IMG/VR virus record: IMGVR_UViG_3300024308_000018
Span: 1 to 64,000 of that record
Direction: 5' to 3' (one strand)
DNA: 64,000 nt
The notes beneath the pieces are model-generated. The model had not been told where the DNA came from, did no database searches, and saw only the letters and a program-made list of their open reading frames with translations. The position numbers and the translations under genes were made by a program. Shown in pieces: positions 38,601 to 48,000 of this stretch. Positions within the stretch are counted from its first letter, which is position 1. Each line of letters starts with the position of its first letter.

Positions 38601-38746
38601 TCTTCCGTGGGAACGTGGTCGAGAACTATGACAACGCGCGCAGCAGGCTTGTCCACCTTCTGCCGAATACACTGCACGTTGTAGTGCTCTTCTCCCCTGA
38701 ATGCCTTGGGCACCTTGATTGGTAGATTAAGGTGTTGGATTTTCAT
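35609..38746 (-). CDS. polA: Family A DNA polymerase with a 3'-5' exonuclease and an N-terminal uracil-DNA-glycosylase-like domain
   Basis: Exonuclease motifs DTET, NAKFD and YAALD; polymerase motifs TGRTS..PNLQQVP, DYSAHEVR, R...K...FG..Y, NSPVQG and VHDS. Start revised to 38746. Confidence 0.95.
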   Translation of the reverse strand: MKIQHLNLPIKVPKAFRGEEHYNVQCIRQKVDKPAARVVIVLDHVPTEDLKSGKLLSGGTGGTINRVMHYAATAFKTNTHKMEDLDLLFVNWNCWKTYTMSEERRQESDSYFAERVLGIIDEYGADYVVTCGRAPFQHLGRKYFDRAPDKPNGWLGNSLPMTTPEGRKVRLIPNLSINSLLNSKSITSSAYLLGYYARNFLPIFNEGKMPFKIKPVKTGEKRNWNMIVVDTMKKFHLMMKVLRRAKYVAIDTETDGLHRINVNMLTLQFSADGETSYVLPFMHNDSPFTSKQLEEIRQTLQAYFEYDNRNRLHIYTNAKFDLNILRNCIKVRSFINNVWDIIAGDFAMDENMKVLSQVTGHWYYSLANLSMQYGCTAYLEANFGKQNRALIKDVPLDEDVCEYAALDTIIPWRIAFQQMKKAASMGYEKYQSIVGEQISDQIHTFSTLEYTGAATDVDYLFRLSMPDSPINSLLRETVQKFKDTDEVARADSRLKKRANVPEVGLFGKIKDRMFKLSSREHLQTLFFDVMKLEPVVVSETKIRDNGKPEAKIDKAFQEKYKDNPVVAMYTSMTKLLKLRNAYVKSLIKKFGEDIDFNTTKRLRATYNYDRIVTGRTSANDPNLQQVPSRGPMAKYIKRLLISTMGYLVIKVDYSAHEVRGWSIISGDQGVADVFEQGAKLRRQYRLVPDPYIAKRLEYEGDVHKINAAYFFGIPIYEVVKDIRNAVKTVIFGLIYQQGDEGLANSTKRPVEEIVDIKARFLNRFPIGLKWFDKIKNFARKNYYVESPLGRRRNLFAFLLDETLQGARSTISRSERQSVNSPVQGFGSDLMMTAIRMMERRCFDHWKEHGVWPDIRFSISVHDSLSVEAAYDWVWFAIKIIEECMTKDVAKEMERRHGMKFTSIPEIDFEIGGSEATVKSWDFSYAAIRDIFKASLEFKRDELGDKQLADPKTFDRILDSMMEDQYDLMPEWMQQQLWANGIKIRSMCKENPLDEVTRRRAKKWRQEIETNEPLLQKIIEDEERAKNGGAKEAEPKKKRRLKRKAA

Positions 38747-38776
38747 ACGGCCACTCGGTTGAAGTGTTACCAGCTT

Positions 38777-38784
38777 CTTTACAG
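38777..38784 (-). promoter_or_regulatory. CTGTAAAG putative promoter element for the polymerase
   Basis: Between a terminator and ATG 38746. Confidence 0.55.
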
Positions 38785-38790
38785 TTTTCG

Positions 38791-38820
38791 GAAACAAGAA
38801 AGGGAGCACTAGGCTCCCTT
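38791..38820 (-). terminator. Rho-independent terminator
   Basis: aagggagc-ctagt-gctccctttcttgtttc. Confidence 0.8.
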
Positions 38821-38826
38821 GTAACG

Positions 38827-39297
38827 TTACTTGCGCTGTTGGTTTTGCTGGTGCTTCTGACCTTGCTGCTGAACGTTGTTCTGTTGAACGTTGTTCTGCT
38901 GCTGGGTCGGAGCAGGCGCAGGCGCTTCAGCCTTCACAGCAACTGGCTTGGGCTCAAGGCCCTCGTCGATTGCGGAAGACGTCAGCGGATTGAACGTCGC
39001 CATGTGCTTGTCGACTTCTGCCCGCAGCGCAGGGCTCAACAACACGTAGCTGATTTTCGGTACGGGGCCAGACGCCCAGCTCAGACCTTTCGGCAAGCGG
39101 GACGGGTAGGCCATCGGGTAGCCGCGAGTCGGCAACGCGGGATCGAAACTCTCTTCCATCTCCCACAGTCTCATTGCCGCTACAGCCTTCGGGCCCCAGC
39201 TCCCGTCGATTTCGCCGTCGTAGAATCCGAGCGCGGCCATGACTGCCTGCTGAGTGGCAAGCATTCGCTGCATCGGTGTTCCTTTGTTATCCATCAT
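38827..39297 (-). CDS. Peptidoglycan-binding domain protein with a Gln/Asn-rich tail
   Basis: Q..M.ALGFY.G.IDG.WGP....A...W matches PG_binding_1; QQNNV repeated twice at the C-terminus. Confidence 0.75.
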   Translation of the reverse strand: MMDNKGTPMQRMLATQQAVMAALGFYDGEIDGSWGPKAVAAMRLWEMEESFDPALPTRGYPMAYPSRLPKGLSWASGPVPKISYVLLSPALRAEVDKHMATFNPLTSSAIDEGLEPKPVAVKAEAPAPAPTQQQNNVQQNNVQQQGQKHQQNQQRK

Positions 39298-39330
39298 GTT
39301 CTCCAAGTAGAGAGGGCCGAAGCCCCCTCG

Positions 39331-42300
39331 TTACTTCTTGGGCTCGTCGGCGGTGGGGCGCACGCGGATTTCCGAGAGCGTCTTGACCACGGCCTTGAGG
39401 TTGGTAATGGTGTAACCAGCTTTCTGCAACTGGGACAGCACGCGCTTGGCTTCCGTGGGGTTAGCCACGAAGTTGATCGCCATGCTTTCGTGCAGTTTCC
39501 AAGTCGCGTACTTGGCGGTGGCACCGACCGATACCTTGCCGACGAGCTTGCGCGCGTGCGGGTTGGTCTTCAGGTCGATCATCACGCGCATACGGTCACG
39601 CATGAAGGACGGATATGCCTTCAGGATGTTGGGCTTCTGGTTGTCGATGTGGCGCGTGCGGAAGAACTCGATAACTTCGTTCTTCAGTTTGTACGCAACC
39701 GGGTAGAGGAACTTCGAACGGCCAGACTCGCTGAACACGTTCTGGATCTCTTCCAGTCGCTTGGCACTTGCCTTGTCGAACGGGCCTTCACCGAACACTG
39801 AATCCAAGTAATCAAGGTGAGCGTAGAAGTCCTTGATATACAGGGAGTCGGCATAGACGTACTCGCCGAACACTTTGAACCCGAAGCTCTTGACCAGTTC
39901 CTTGTAGTCACTGTCGCTGGTGTTCACGTAGATAGCCAGCAGGCCGTTATACACGGTCGGGTAAACTTCGATGCTCTTGTCGGGAGCGGCAGCGGCAGCT
40001 TTCGGGGTACGCGTGCGCGGAACCTTGTTGCCCGCAACGTCGACGTCCTTGCCAGTAGGCATAACGATCTTGCCTTCGGTGTCGGTGTCGCTGAGTACAG
40101 GCAGACCCGAGTTGATGGCCTTGCCCTCCTTGACGTTCTGCTTGCGAGTACCGCTGGCCTTCGCGCCTTCGGTTGCAACTTCGGCCCCTTCGCGGATCTG
40201 TTTGTCGATGTCGCGTTGGATTGCTTCTTCTTGCTTCCGACGTTTGTCCTCGGCCTTGGTGATTGCATCCTCGACTTCGGAGTCGCGCTTGGTCTTCGGC
40301 ACGGGCTTGACTCCGCCCTTGCTTCCCTTGGCGAACACGCTGCTACGCAGTACCGGATCCTTGATGGCGTTGACCGACACGTGGACACGACCTACCCCGA
40401 CAATGCGCTCACTGCCATCCTGATACTGCACTCGGACGGTGGTGAACGTCGGGTCAGCTTGACGCCGCTCGACGTCTGCGAACTTCTCGTCGTTGACCTT
40501 GCCAATACCGACGATGATACCGTTGCCCCATTCGGTGTGAACCGGAACCCCGTCAAACAACTTGCGGTGCTCTGCCTTGTTGTCGTTGTACGGAACCTTG
40601 GAGCCGCGCGACTTGTAGTAGTCACGGAACGATACCAGACCAAAGCCCCAGCGGTCGTGGATGCGTTGGTTCGGAACATACGGCACGTTGTCCAGCATGC
40701 GATAGCCAGCAGCAGGATCAACAGGCGCACCTTCAATGACGTGCATCGCGGACGCAGTTGACAGGCGCATCTCTGCGAACTCTGCGGCGTCGATAGCACT
40801 CAGGTTTGCCTTGGCGACGAAGTGTTGCAGGCTCTCGTCTTCCGGATCCATGTAGGTGTCGAAGTTGATCCACTTACCAGTCTTATCCAGAATGGTTTCG
40901 GCGTTGTAGGGCGGCTCTTGCATTGCTGCCCACTTCTTCACCTCGTCGTAGCGTGGGTTGCCCGCTTCGTCCCAGATGGTGGTCTTCACATCCTTGGCCG
41001 TCACACGCGCTACCTTCAGCACCTCCATCGTGTTGTTGGTCATCACCCAGTCGATGAAGATTACTTCACGCTTCATGTCACCCGGCTTTCCGTTCTCGTC
41101 GAAGATTGCGGAGTTGAAGTCCGGACGCATGATACGTGCATGCGACTGGCGAACGCGACCCGGTGACCACGGAGTGTCACAGCGGATAATGCGCGAACCG
41201 ATCTGCATGTTGTAGCCTTCAGTGATCCGCTGCTCGTTCGCCACCAGAATGCGGGCTTCAGAGTTGTTGCGGAACTGTTCGACCAGCTCTTTGGTGTCGG
41301 CACCTTTGCCCAGACGGATGGCGTAACGCGCCAGCTTCGGAGCGAGCTTCTTGAGCGACTTGATCACGGAATCGCCGGAGCGGGTGTATTCGCACAGCAC
41401 GATAACCTTGCCCGTGTCTTCCGGTTTCCAGTATTCCAGATCCTTGTCCGGAGTGACGTTGGATTCCGGCAGGCGGAAACGTTGCGGCGTACCCTGCTTC
41501 TGCTTACGTGCCAGATAGCGCTTGCCCTGATACACGCACAGGTCGAGTTCGAACGGACGGCAGCCCGCTTTCCACTCAAACATCTGGTGCATCTGTGCGA
41601 TCTCTTCGCCGTCATCATTGCGCTGCGGCTTGGCAGGCTCGATGAAGTTGGGCTGGACTTCGAAGTGCTTCTTGATCCGCTCGACAATCTTGTGCATCTT
41701 GACGGGGATGAAGTCTTTCACGCCCTGCTCTTTGAAGATCTCGACAGCTTCTGGGTCACCCATCGGGTCAGACAGGATCATTTCCATGCGCTGCCAGTAT
41801 TGGCGCAGCTTCACGGACGACGCAATCATCGAGCCGATAGAGTCAGCCGCTTCTTCCTCTTCTTCGAGCACTGCATCTTCATCAGCCAGCTCGTCGTCTT
41901 CGGATTCCGCGTCCTCGTCTTTCTTGACCGGGCCCTTGCGCTTGATCTCGGCCATCACCTCTTCGACCAACGCAGCGTACACAGCGTCATAGGCAATCTT
42001 GTGCAGGCCGGAGTGCGGCACGCTCGGATCGTCGATGTCGAAGTGCAGGAAGGTCTCGATAGGGTTGGGCAGCATGAACGCCCACTCTTTCCGCTTGTAC
42101 GATGCCATCGTTGCATAGTTGCTGAAGCGACCACGCATTGCGGCAACGCGCTTGTTGAACAGGTCAACAGCGTCCAGAGTTACAGCGCCATCACCGTTGG
42201 AGCGGGAGGCGTCTTCGATGTCCTGACCGTCGCCGAAGATACCCGGCGTGAACATTGCGGCTTGACCAACAACGTCAGACACCTTGTCGGGCACCAGAGT

Positions 42301-45300
42301 ACCGGTAGCCAGACGCTTGAACTTGACAGTGGATTGCAGGAACATCTGCTTGATAGCAGCGTGCACGCCGGAGCCAGAGTTCTTGACGCGGTGCGATTCG
42401 TCGAGGATCACGTAGTTGAACTTGTAGCGACGCAGGAATTCAGTCTGCGCCATGATAGTCACGCGCTCGCCACCGATGTCGGCATCGAAGCGGCCATGGT
42501 GGTTGGCGATGAACGTATCGGCGAACACGAAAATGGTGTTGACCGGAGCGTTGGACAGCAACTCCTGAATGCGCTCAAGGCCGTGCTCTTTCACGGTCTC
42601 GTTGGTGATCGGAACCACGTTCCAGTCGTGAGTGACCAGCAGCAAGTCTTCGCACCAGTTGGCGACCAGACCCTTCGGCGCGATTACCGCAGGTTTAATC
42701 GGCTCGTCCATGATCGACGCACACCACAGAATGTCGTGCAGGCCGAGGATGGTCTTACCGCCACCCGGATGGATGTCGAGCGTCGCGTAGGGCGGCGGCA
42801 CTTTCTTCGACAGCTGAGTCTGCGCCTTGAACTGGTGCGGCATCAGCGTGAAGTCGTGCGTACCTGCAATCTTCAGCGACTCTTCGCTCACGCTATCGTC
42901 AGGCTGGTTGGCCTCAACGTGGGCTTCGACGGCCTCGAAGTAACGGCGGGTGTCGGGAATCGCATGACCGAACATGAACGCGGTCGGCAGCACTGCACGC
43001 ATCAGGAAGCCGGACGGCATCAGGTTGGTTTCGTACAGGGCGCTGAACACTTTCTTCCGGTCGGCGTCGAACACAGCACGCGACATCGCAACCAGCAACG
43101 CACCGCCCAGATAACCACGCAGGTTACCCATGGTATGCAGGCCGGACTTCGACGGGCTGTCGATGAAGCGCCAGTCGTTCACGATCTCAGTGCTTTGACC
43201 CTGACGTTCCCAGAAGCCACGCAGGCGGCCACCGCGATACGAATCACGGGCGTCTTCGATTGCCAGCAGGACGCGGTACATTGCGATCTCGCCATCGTTC
43301 GCCAGACGGCCTTGCGCGGAGTACATGCCAGCGTCGATATAGTTGGCGGGCTCGGCTTCGGGATCGTGCTCCTGAGTGTACGCCATCTGGATCGCTTTCG
43401 CTTGGTTGTTGATTTCCTCGAAGGAGGGAACCAGACCCTTCTGCTGCATCCAGTCGTAGGTGCGGACGATCATGCACGCGGCATAACGCAGCATGTGCGG
43501 GCTACGGGCAGACTTCAGATCGTTCCAGTTGTTATTGTTGTAGCCAGCGTGCGGCACAGCAAACTCGTACTTGGTGCCGATACTAGCGGACATCGCGCTG
43601 ACCACGCGGTCGGTCACAGCACCTACCAGCATCAAGCGCTCGTTGGTTGCGTTGTAGCGCAGGAACTGGCCGAGTACGCGGGAGCCAGTGCGGATGTTCG
43701 GCGCTTCGCCTTCGGCTGCAAAGTTGAAGCCCAAGCTATCACCGATTTCCAGATCGGCAGCGGGTACTGCGCCGCTCTCCTGAATGGAGTCGAAGTTCAG
43801 GAAGTCCGCAGAGGTCTGGATAACCAAACCGGAAGTCGGATCCGTACCAACGACAACGTTGGAGAAGCGGTTGGCCTTGGCGCTGAAGTCGTTGTGCAGC
43901 GACGCGATGTTGACAGTGGTCTCACCGTTGACGCGCTCCAAATCGAGTTCCAGCACCTTGCGGTACTCGGTGCTCAAGTGGCCGACGGGGATGCCGTGCT
44001 CGTACAGAGTGCTCATGCCGTCGGCAAGTGCGGATTCTGCTTTCGCTACGACTTCGAGGTCGATGTCTTGGGTACGCGGGTACACGACCAGCGCGCCGTT
44101 GCTGCTGACTGCTACGCCCTTGTCATCGCCGATGGAGTCGGAGATGGGGAAGCCCAGCTTTTTGCGCATGTCGTTCAGGCGCTTGATCTCGGTGCTCGAA
44201 GTCAGGCAGCGCGGAACGTTGCTGCGGCTACCAGTGCGAGAACCGGACAGGCGGAAGAAGCCTTGGCACCAGCGGTTGAACCAACGAGCAAGCAGCAGCT
44301 CGGCCGCAGAGTGATCGTCGTTCTGGATGATGTAGTCGACCACAGGGTTCGGCAGGTGCAGGGTGTAACCCACGTGCACTACGAAACCGCAGTATGGCAA
44401 CATCGCATCGTGCATGGAAGCCATGCTACCAGCGTTGGTGCTACCGCTCAAGAGCGCGGCGGCGCGGGCGGTGTGTGCTTCAGCCAGTACACGACGCACG
44501 GTGAACTTGAACATCGGGCCGAGGTTAACGCGCACGGGATCAGGCACGAAGCGCGACGGGAAGAACACGGTGTTACCGATGGCTTCCTTGACGCCGGGGA
44601 TTTTCTGCAACGCAGCATTCAGCACGCTGAAGTTGGTGTCGAGATCGAAGTGCACAGTCTTCGACTTCAGGTTGGCCTTGGAGGGCACGTCGCCGAAGAA
44701 GAACTTGTGGAACGCCAGCGCTGCCTTGTGCACCGCTTGCCCGAACTCGGACTGCATGCCGCCGAAGTAGAAGTCACGGAACTCCTTGCTGGCTGATGTG
44801 TCGTCGGGCTTGCCAGACTTCTCGAACTCGGGCGAGCTGCCGTTGTACTGGAAGTAGGGGTCAATACCGGAGCCAACTTCGGAAACCAGCGAGTCGTTGC
44901 GGTAGGTCTGAAACGCGTTCCAGTAACCTTCGTTGGTGCCCGCAATCTTCACAACTTGCAATTCGTAGCCGTCGTTCCCGCGCTTGATTACCAAGTCGCT
45001 GGTGTTCGACATTGCCGCAGTGATCATGCCGCGAGTGGCGGACGTAATCATGGGCGTGCCGCTCTGCATCTTGGCGAGTACGGAGCCGCAGCTGGATTCG
45101 AACACTTGGGAAATCAGGGCAGCCGCACGACCGTTAGTGCCACGCATCTTTTCGAAGATCAGGGTGTTGCTGATCTCGACACTATTACGCATCAGCGCAG
45201 ATAAGAAGGACTGATACAGCTTGATGCGAACGTTCAAGGTGATCAGAGACTCAGCGAACGGGCCGTATTGGTCGGGACGCGGAGTGTTAGCCACGTCGCG

Positions 45301-45480
45301 CGTTGCCTTGGTCAGGCGATCAGGCGGAAACAGCGCATTGGAGAATACGGTTTCGTACTTCGGGTCGAGCGGGCGCGCCGTCAGCTCTGCCCCAATCTGA
45401 GCGCGCAGCTGGCTGGCTACGCCACCCGTTTCCTTGGGCGCTGCCGACTCAGATTGGAAGACGTTGAAGGGATATTGCAT
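39331..45480 (-). CDS. Giant SNF2-like (SF2) helicase/ATPase, 2049 aa
   Basis: Motifs L.PHQ, PGGGKT, P...V.NW, ILDESH..KN, LATGT, EGYNMQ and W.P....Q...RI.R. Preceded by an ~870-aa N-terminal extension beginning MQYPFNVFQSESA. Confidence 0.9.
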   Translation of the reverse strand: MQYPFNVFQSESAAPKETGGVASQLRAQIGAELTARPLDPKYETVFSNALFPPDRLTKATRDVANTPRPDQYGPFAESLITLNVRIKLYQSFLSALMRNSVEISNTLIFEKMRGTNGRAAALISQVFESSCGSVLAKMQSGTPMITSATRGMITAAMSNTSDLVIKRGNDGYELQVVKIAGTNEGYWNAFQTYRNDSLVSEVGSGIDPYFQYNGSSPEFEKSGKPDDTSASKEFRDFYFGGMQSEFGQAVHKAALAFHKFFFGDVPSKANLKSKTVHFDLDTNFSVLNAALQKIPGVKEAIGNTVFFPSRFVPDPVRVNLGPMFKFTVRRVLAEAHTARAAALLSGSTNAGSMASMHDAMLPYCGFVVHVGYTLHLPNPVVDYIIQNDDHSAAELLLARWFNRWCQGFFRLSGSRTGSRSNVPRCLTSSTEIKRLNDMRKKLGFPISDSIGDDKGVAVSSNGALVVYPRTQDIDLEVVAKAESALADGMSTLYEHGIPVGHLSTEYRKVLELDLERVNGETTVNIASLHNDFSAKANRFSNVVVGTDPTSGLVIQTSADFLNFDSIQESGAVPAADLEIGDSLGFNFAAEGEAPNIRTGSRVLGQFLRYNATNERLMLVGAVTDRVVSAMSASIGTKYEFAVPHAGYNNNNWNDLKSARSPHMLRYAACMIVRTYDWMQQKGLVPSFEEINNQAKAIQMAYTQEHDPEAEPANYIDAGMYSAQGRLANDGEIAMYRVLLAIEDARDSYRGGRLRGFWERQGQSTEIVNDWRFIDSPSKSGLHTMGNLRGYLGGALLVAMSRAVFDADRKKVFSALYETNLMPSGFLMRAVLPTAFMFGHAIPDTRRYFEAVEAHVEANQPDDSVSEESLKIAGTHDFTLMPHQFKAQTQLSKKVPPPYATLDIHPGGGKTILGLHDILWCASIMDEPIKPAVIAPKGLVANWCEDLLLVTHDWNVVPITNETVKEHGLERIQELLSNAPVNTIFVFADTFIANHHGRFDADIGGERVTIMAQTEFLRRYKFNYVILDESHRVKNSGSGVHAAIKQMFLQSTVKFKRLATGTLVPDKVSDVVGQAAMFTPGIFGDGQDIEDASRSNGDGAVTLDAVDLFNKRVAAMRGRFSNYATMASYKRKEWAFMLPNPIETFLHFDIDDPSVPHSGLHKIAYDAVYAALVEEVMAEIKRKGPVKKDEDAESEDDELADEDAVLEEEEEAADSIGSMIASSVKLRQYWQRMEMILSDPMGDPEAVEIFKEQGVKDFIPVKMHKIVERIKKHFEVQPNFIEPAKPQRNDDGEEIAQMHQMFEWKAGCRPFELDLCVYQGKRYLARKQKQGTPQRFRLPESNVTPDKDLEYWKPEDTGKVIVLCEYTRSGDSVIKSLKKLAPKLARYAIRLGKGADTKELVEQFRNNSEARILVANEQRITEGYNMQIGSRIIRCDTPWSPGRVRQSHARIMRPDFNSAIFDENGKPGDMKREVIFIDWVMTNNTMEVLKVARVTAKDVKTTIWDEAGNPRYDEVKKWAAMQEPPYNAETILDKTGKWINFDTYMDPEDESLQHFVAKANLSAIDAAEFAEMRLSTASAMHVIEGAPVDPAAGYRMLDNVPYVPNQRIHDRWGFGLVSFRDYYKSRGSKVPYNDNKAEHRKLFDGVPVHTEWGNGIIVGIGKVNDEKFADVERRQADPTFTTVRVQYQDGSERIVGVGRVHVSVNAIKDPVLRSSVFAKGSKGGVKPVPKTKRDSEVEDAITKAEDKRRKQEEAIQRDIDKQIREGAEVATEGAKASGTRKQNVKEGKAINSGLPVLSDTDTEGKIVMPTGKDVDVAGNKVPRTRTPKAAAAAPDKSIEVYPTVYNGLLAIYVNTSDSDYKELVKSFGFKVFGEYVYADSLYIKDFYAHLDYLDSVFGEGPFDKASAKRLEEIQNVFSESGRSKFLYPVAYKLKNEVIEFFRTRHIDNQKPNILKAYPSFMRDRMRVMIDLKTNPHARKLVGKVSVGATAKYATWKLHESMAINFVANPTEAKRVLSQLQKAGYTITNLKAVVKTLSEIRVRPTADEPKK

Positions 45481-45483
45481 CGC

Positions 45484-46008
45484 TTACTTTCCTCGTCCGG
45501 TGTTGGAGATTTCGACCCAGAGGGGCCGCGTGACTTTCGTTACAGCGATAAGGGCGCGAGCCAGTCCCGCTGCCTCTTCAGGCTTCAGGTTCTGGAACAG
45601 GACAGGATCGTCATAAACGATTTCGGCCTGTGCCACACCGCGCAGCTTCTCGCGGTAGTAGGTGTCAAAGCTCTGCACCTCAGACTGGTTGAGGCTGCTG
45701 ACTTCTGCGCTCTCGGCATCTTTGGTTACCGCGTTGCGCATCCCGATCAGGATGGACGACAGCTTGATAACGAGGGCAACAGGGTCTTCCTTCTCTTCAG
45801 GCGAGATGATACCGGACGCGAGCAGCGCTTCAACGTTGGAGTCGTAAGCGAACGGGTCAGTAGAGCCTTCAGGTTCCGCAACTTCGTCAGCGGAATGTGA
45901 CTGAATCTTGAACCCATCATGCGACAGGATAGAGCGCGCATAGCTTCCAAGCGGCCCTCCATCATGTGACAGACGAGTCAACAGTTTCGTTAGATCTTTA
46001 CCTGCCAT
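45484..46008 (-). CDS. Hypothetical protein
   Basis: Start revised to ATG 46008 (AGGAG RBS). Confidence 0.7.
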   Translation of the reverse strand: MAGKDLTKLLTRLSHDGGPLGSYARSILSHDGFKIQSHSADEVAEPEGSTDPFAYDSNVEALLASGIISPEEKEDPVALVIKLSSILIGMRNAVTKDAESAEVSSLNQSEVQSFDTYYREKLRGVAQAEIVYDDPVLFQNLKPEEAAGLARALIAVTKVTRPLWVEISNTGRGK

Positions 46009-46018
46009 GAAGCAGCTC

Positions 46019-46801
46019 CTATTTTTTCGAAAGCCGCTGGGCGGCCATGCGGAAGAAATCTGAAATCTTACGGTGGTCAATATAAACTACCGTTTTCGGA
46101 TAGATGCGCGTGCGGAACACAAGGACGTTGCCTTCAGCGCGTGCGACCGAGATGTCAGGCACGACCTCTACCCAGCGACTTGGCATTTGCGTAAGCTCGT
46201 CAACACTGGGCCACTTGGCATTACGCAGCGCCGGAATGTCGGTGGGCGACAGCAGCTTGCTTGGCACCGAGACTTTCGACAGCCAATGCTGAGAACGCAG
46301 TTTAAGTGCAGCAGCCATGTCAGCAGGCTTCGGCCCTTTGCGTCGCAGCACCAGCGAGTAATAGACGTCGACGTACTCGGGAACGTGCGCACTGATCGCC
46401 TTGTCGTAGTCGTAGTCCGGCCACAGGTTAACAGCCACCTTGGTGAAGTCGTTGAATATGCCACGCTGGCGTATGTAGGTCTCAAGGGATCTGCGCACCA
46501 GATCATCCAGCTCACGCACCGCTTTGTCCGCTGACATCTTGGCAGCAGAGAACGCGACGTTGCTGATGAACGGGCGCATCCGCTTGCTCTCAAGCGAGGC
46601 GATGAATGCCATAACAACTTCGAGCATCGCGGAGTCTGGATCGGTGTGGCGATTGTAGAGTTCGTAGCAGGTGGGCGATGCCACGAAGGTAGCCCACGCT
46701 TGCAAATGCTTCGGGTGAAGCGTAGTTGGAAAGTTCACCACGCTGCAATCGTTGTTGGCGACGCCAAGATTGCGTAGCAGCGTGCGGTTAGCAATTGACA
46801 T
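46019..46801 (-). CDS. Hypothetical protein
   Basis: 260 aa, TGATG-coupled to the HNH gene. Confidence 0.7.
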   Translation of the reverse strand: MSIANRTLLRNLGVANNDCSVVNFPTTLHPKHLQAWATFVASPTCYELYNRHTDPDSAMLEVVMAFIASLESKRMRPFISNVAFSAAKMSADKAVRELDDLVRRSLETYIRQRGIFNDFTKVAVNLWPDYDYDKAISAHVPEYVDVYYSLVLRRKGPKPADMAAALKLRSQHWLSKVSVPSKLLSPTDIPALRNAKWPSVDELTQMPSRWVEVVPDISVARAEGNVLVFRTRIYPKTVVYIDHRKISDFFRMAAQRLSKK

Positions 46802-47181
46802 CAGCGCCTCCGACGTTTGATGCCGCGCAGCAGTCTCGCCCCATTACGGTTCGAAGTCCCTATCTCATTGTTCATGTGACAGTCGATGCAGCGCAGTCGT
46901 AGGTTGTTGGGAGTGTAGGGGCCGCCGTCGGCATGTGCGATGATGTGAGCCACAGTGATTGTGGTCTGGTCTTCGCCTTTACCGCAGCGGGTGCAGCAAC
47001 GATTGTCGCGCGCCCACACGTAGGCATCGACCGCAGCCTTGACGCTTGCGGGAATCGCACGCACCAGAGTTCCGGCACGGGTACGATCCAATCCGCTGGT
47101 TGCGCCGCGCAGCCGCTGACTAACCTTGCGCGGGTGGCCGCCGAATGGGGCAGCGCGTGCCGCAATTCCACCTTTTGCCAT
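46801..47181 (-). CDS. HNH endonuclease
   Basis: RD..CC..CG...HI.....GG.....NL...C..CH. Confidence 0.9.
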   Translation of the reverse strand: MAKGGIAARAAPFGGHPRKVSQRLRGATSGLDRTRAGTLVRAIPASVKAAVDAYVWARDNRCCTRCGKGEDQTTITVAHIIAHADGGPYTPNNLRLRCIDCHMNNEIGTSNRNGARLLRGIKRRRR

Positions 47182-47958
47182 TTAGCCTCCAAGTACAGTC
47201 TGCGATTTGTCGAGCGAGTTTTCGTAAGAGCGCTGCATGCTGGTAGCAGCACTTGAAAACAGCTGATCCACTTTTGGCTTTAACGCGGCAGCCTGCTGGG
47301 GGTCAAGGTGGGAAGCGTGCAATCGGACTACGGCCTGATAGAGGTCGACCGTATCCTGCGAGATAGATTGCATCATTGGCGCAAGCACCTCGTCGTTCAA
47401 CAGCGAGCCCATGGCGCCAACGTCACGCAGCGCCCGCATGTCGGCAATCACTTCACGAATCTGGTTGTACGTCTGCATGAGCGGGTACACTTCGCGCCCG
47501 TTCTTGTTCCGTGTGATGTTGTCTTCCAGAATGTTCGCAATGTCCACCAGCTTGTCAAACATGTGGCGATACTGGGCAAGCTGCTCAGCGTCTTCACTGT
47601 TGTTGACCGGAATGCGTTCAATGACGGCTTCCGCTTCAGCCTTCAGCCTCTCCAATTCATCGCGGCGCTCGCTTGCCGAAGACGACGCGGTAATCTTGGC
47701 GATGGCCTTTTTGGTTGTAACCTTCTTCTTTACAGTTTCAGGTTCAACGTTTGCGGACTTGCGACGTTTGGGTTTGCGCTTAGGCATCGCCTCGTCGTCA
47801 GCTGGACGCTTCCGCTTGCGGTTCGGGGCGAACTCGTCGGCAACGCTCAGCTTCTTTTTCTTTTTGACACGCAGTGGCTTGGCGTCTTCCGCCTCGGGCT
47901 TACGCTTTTTTACCACGCGTTTCTTTTTGGCAAGTGCACCAAGTTCCACTTCGATCAT
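47182..47958 (-). CDS. Hypothetical protein with a K/R-rich N-terminus and helical C-domain
   Basis: 258 aa; adjacent to the HNH gene. Confidence 0.7.
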   Translation of the reverse strand: MIEVELGALAKKKRVVKKRKPEAEDAKPLRVKKKKKLSVADEFAPNRKRKRPADDEAMPKRKPKRRKSANVEPETVKKKVTTKKAIAKITASSSASERRDELERLKAEAEAVIERIPVNNSEDAEQLAQYRHMFDKLVDIANILEDNITRNKNGREVYPLMQTYNQIREVIADMRALRDVGAMGSLLNDEVLAPMMQSISQDTVDLYQAVVRLHASHLDPQQAAALKPKVDQLFSSAATSMQRSYENSLDKSQTVLGG

Positions 47959-47970
47959 GGCAGGATCCTC

Positions 47971-47991
47971 GAAGGGGGCCGAAGCCCCCTT
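47971..47991 (-). terminator. Intercistronic UUCG hairpin (weak terminator or stabiliser)
   Basis: aagggggc-TTCG-gcccccttc with only a short U run. Confidence 0.55.
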
Positions 47992-48000
47992 GTTGATTGG

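Noticed and set aside
35609-45480. Inteins or introns in the polymerase or SNF2 genes
   Set aside because: The frames are continuous, and I saw no intein splice-junction (C...HN-C/S/T) or LAGLIDADG motifs.
46801-47181. HNH as a mobile homing element
   Set aside because: It is short, lacks an extra DNA-binding domain and is tightly coupled to both neighbours, so a resident (perhaps packaging-related) nuclease is more likely.
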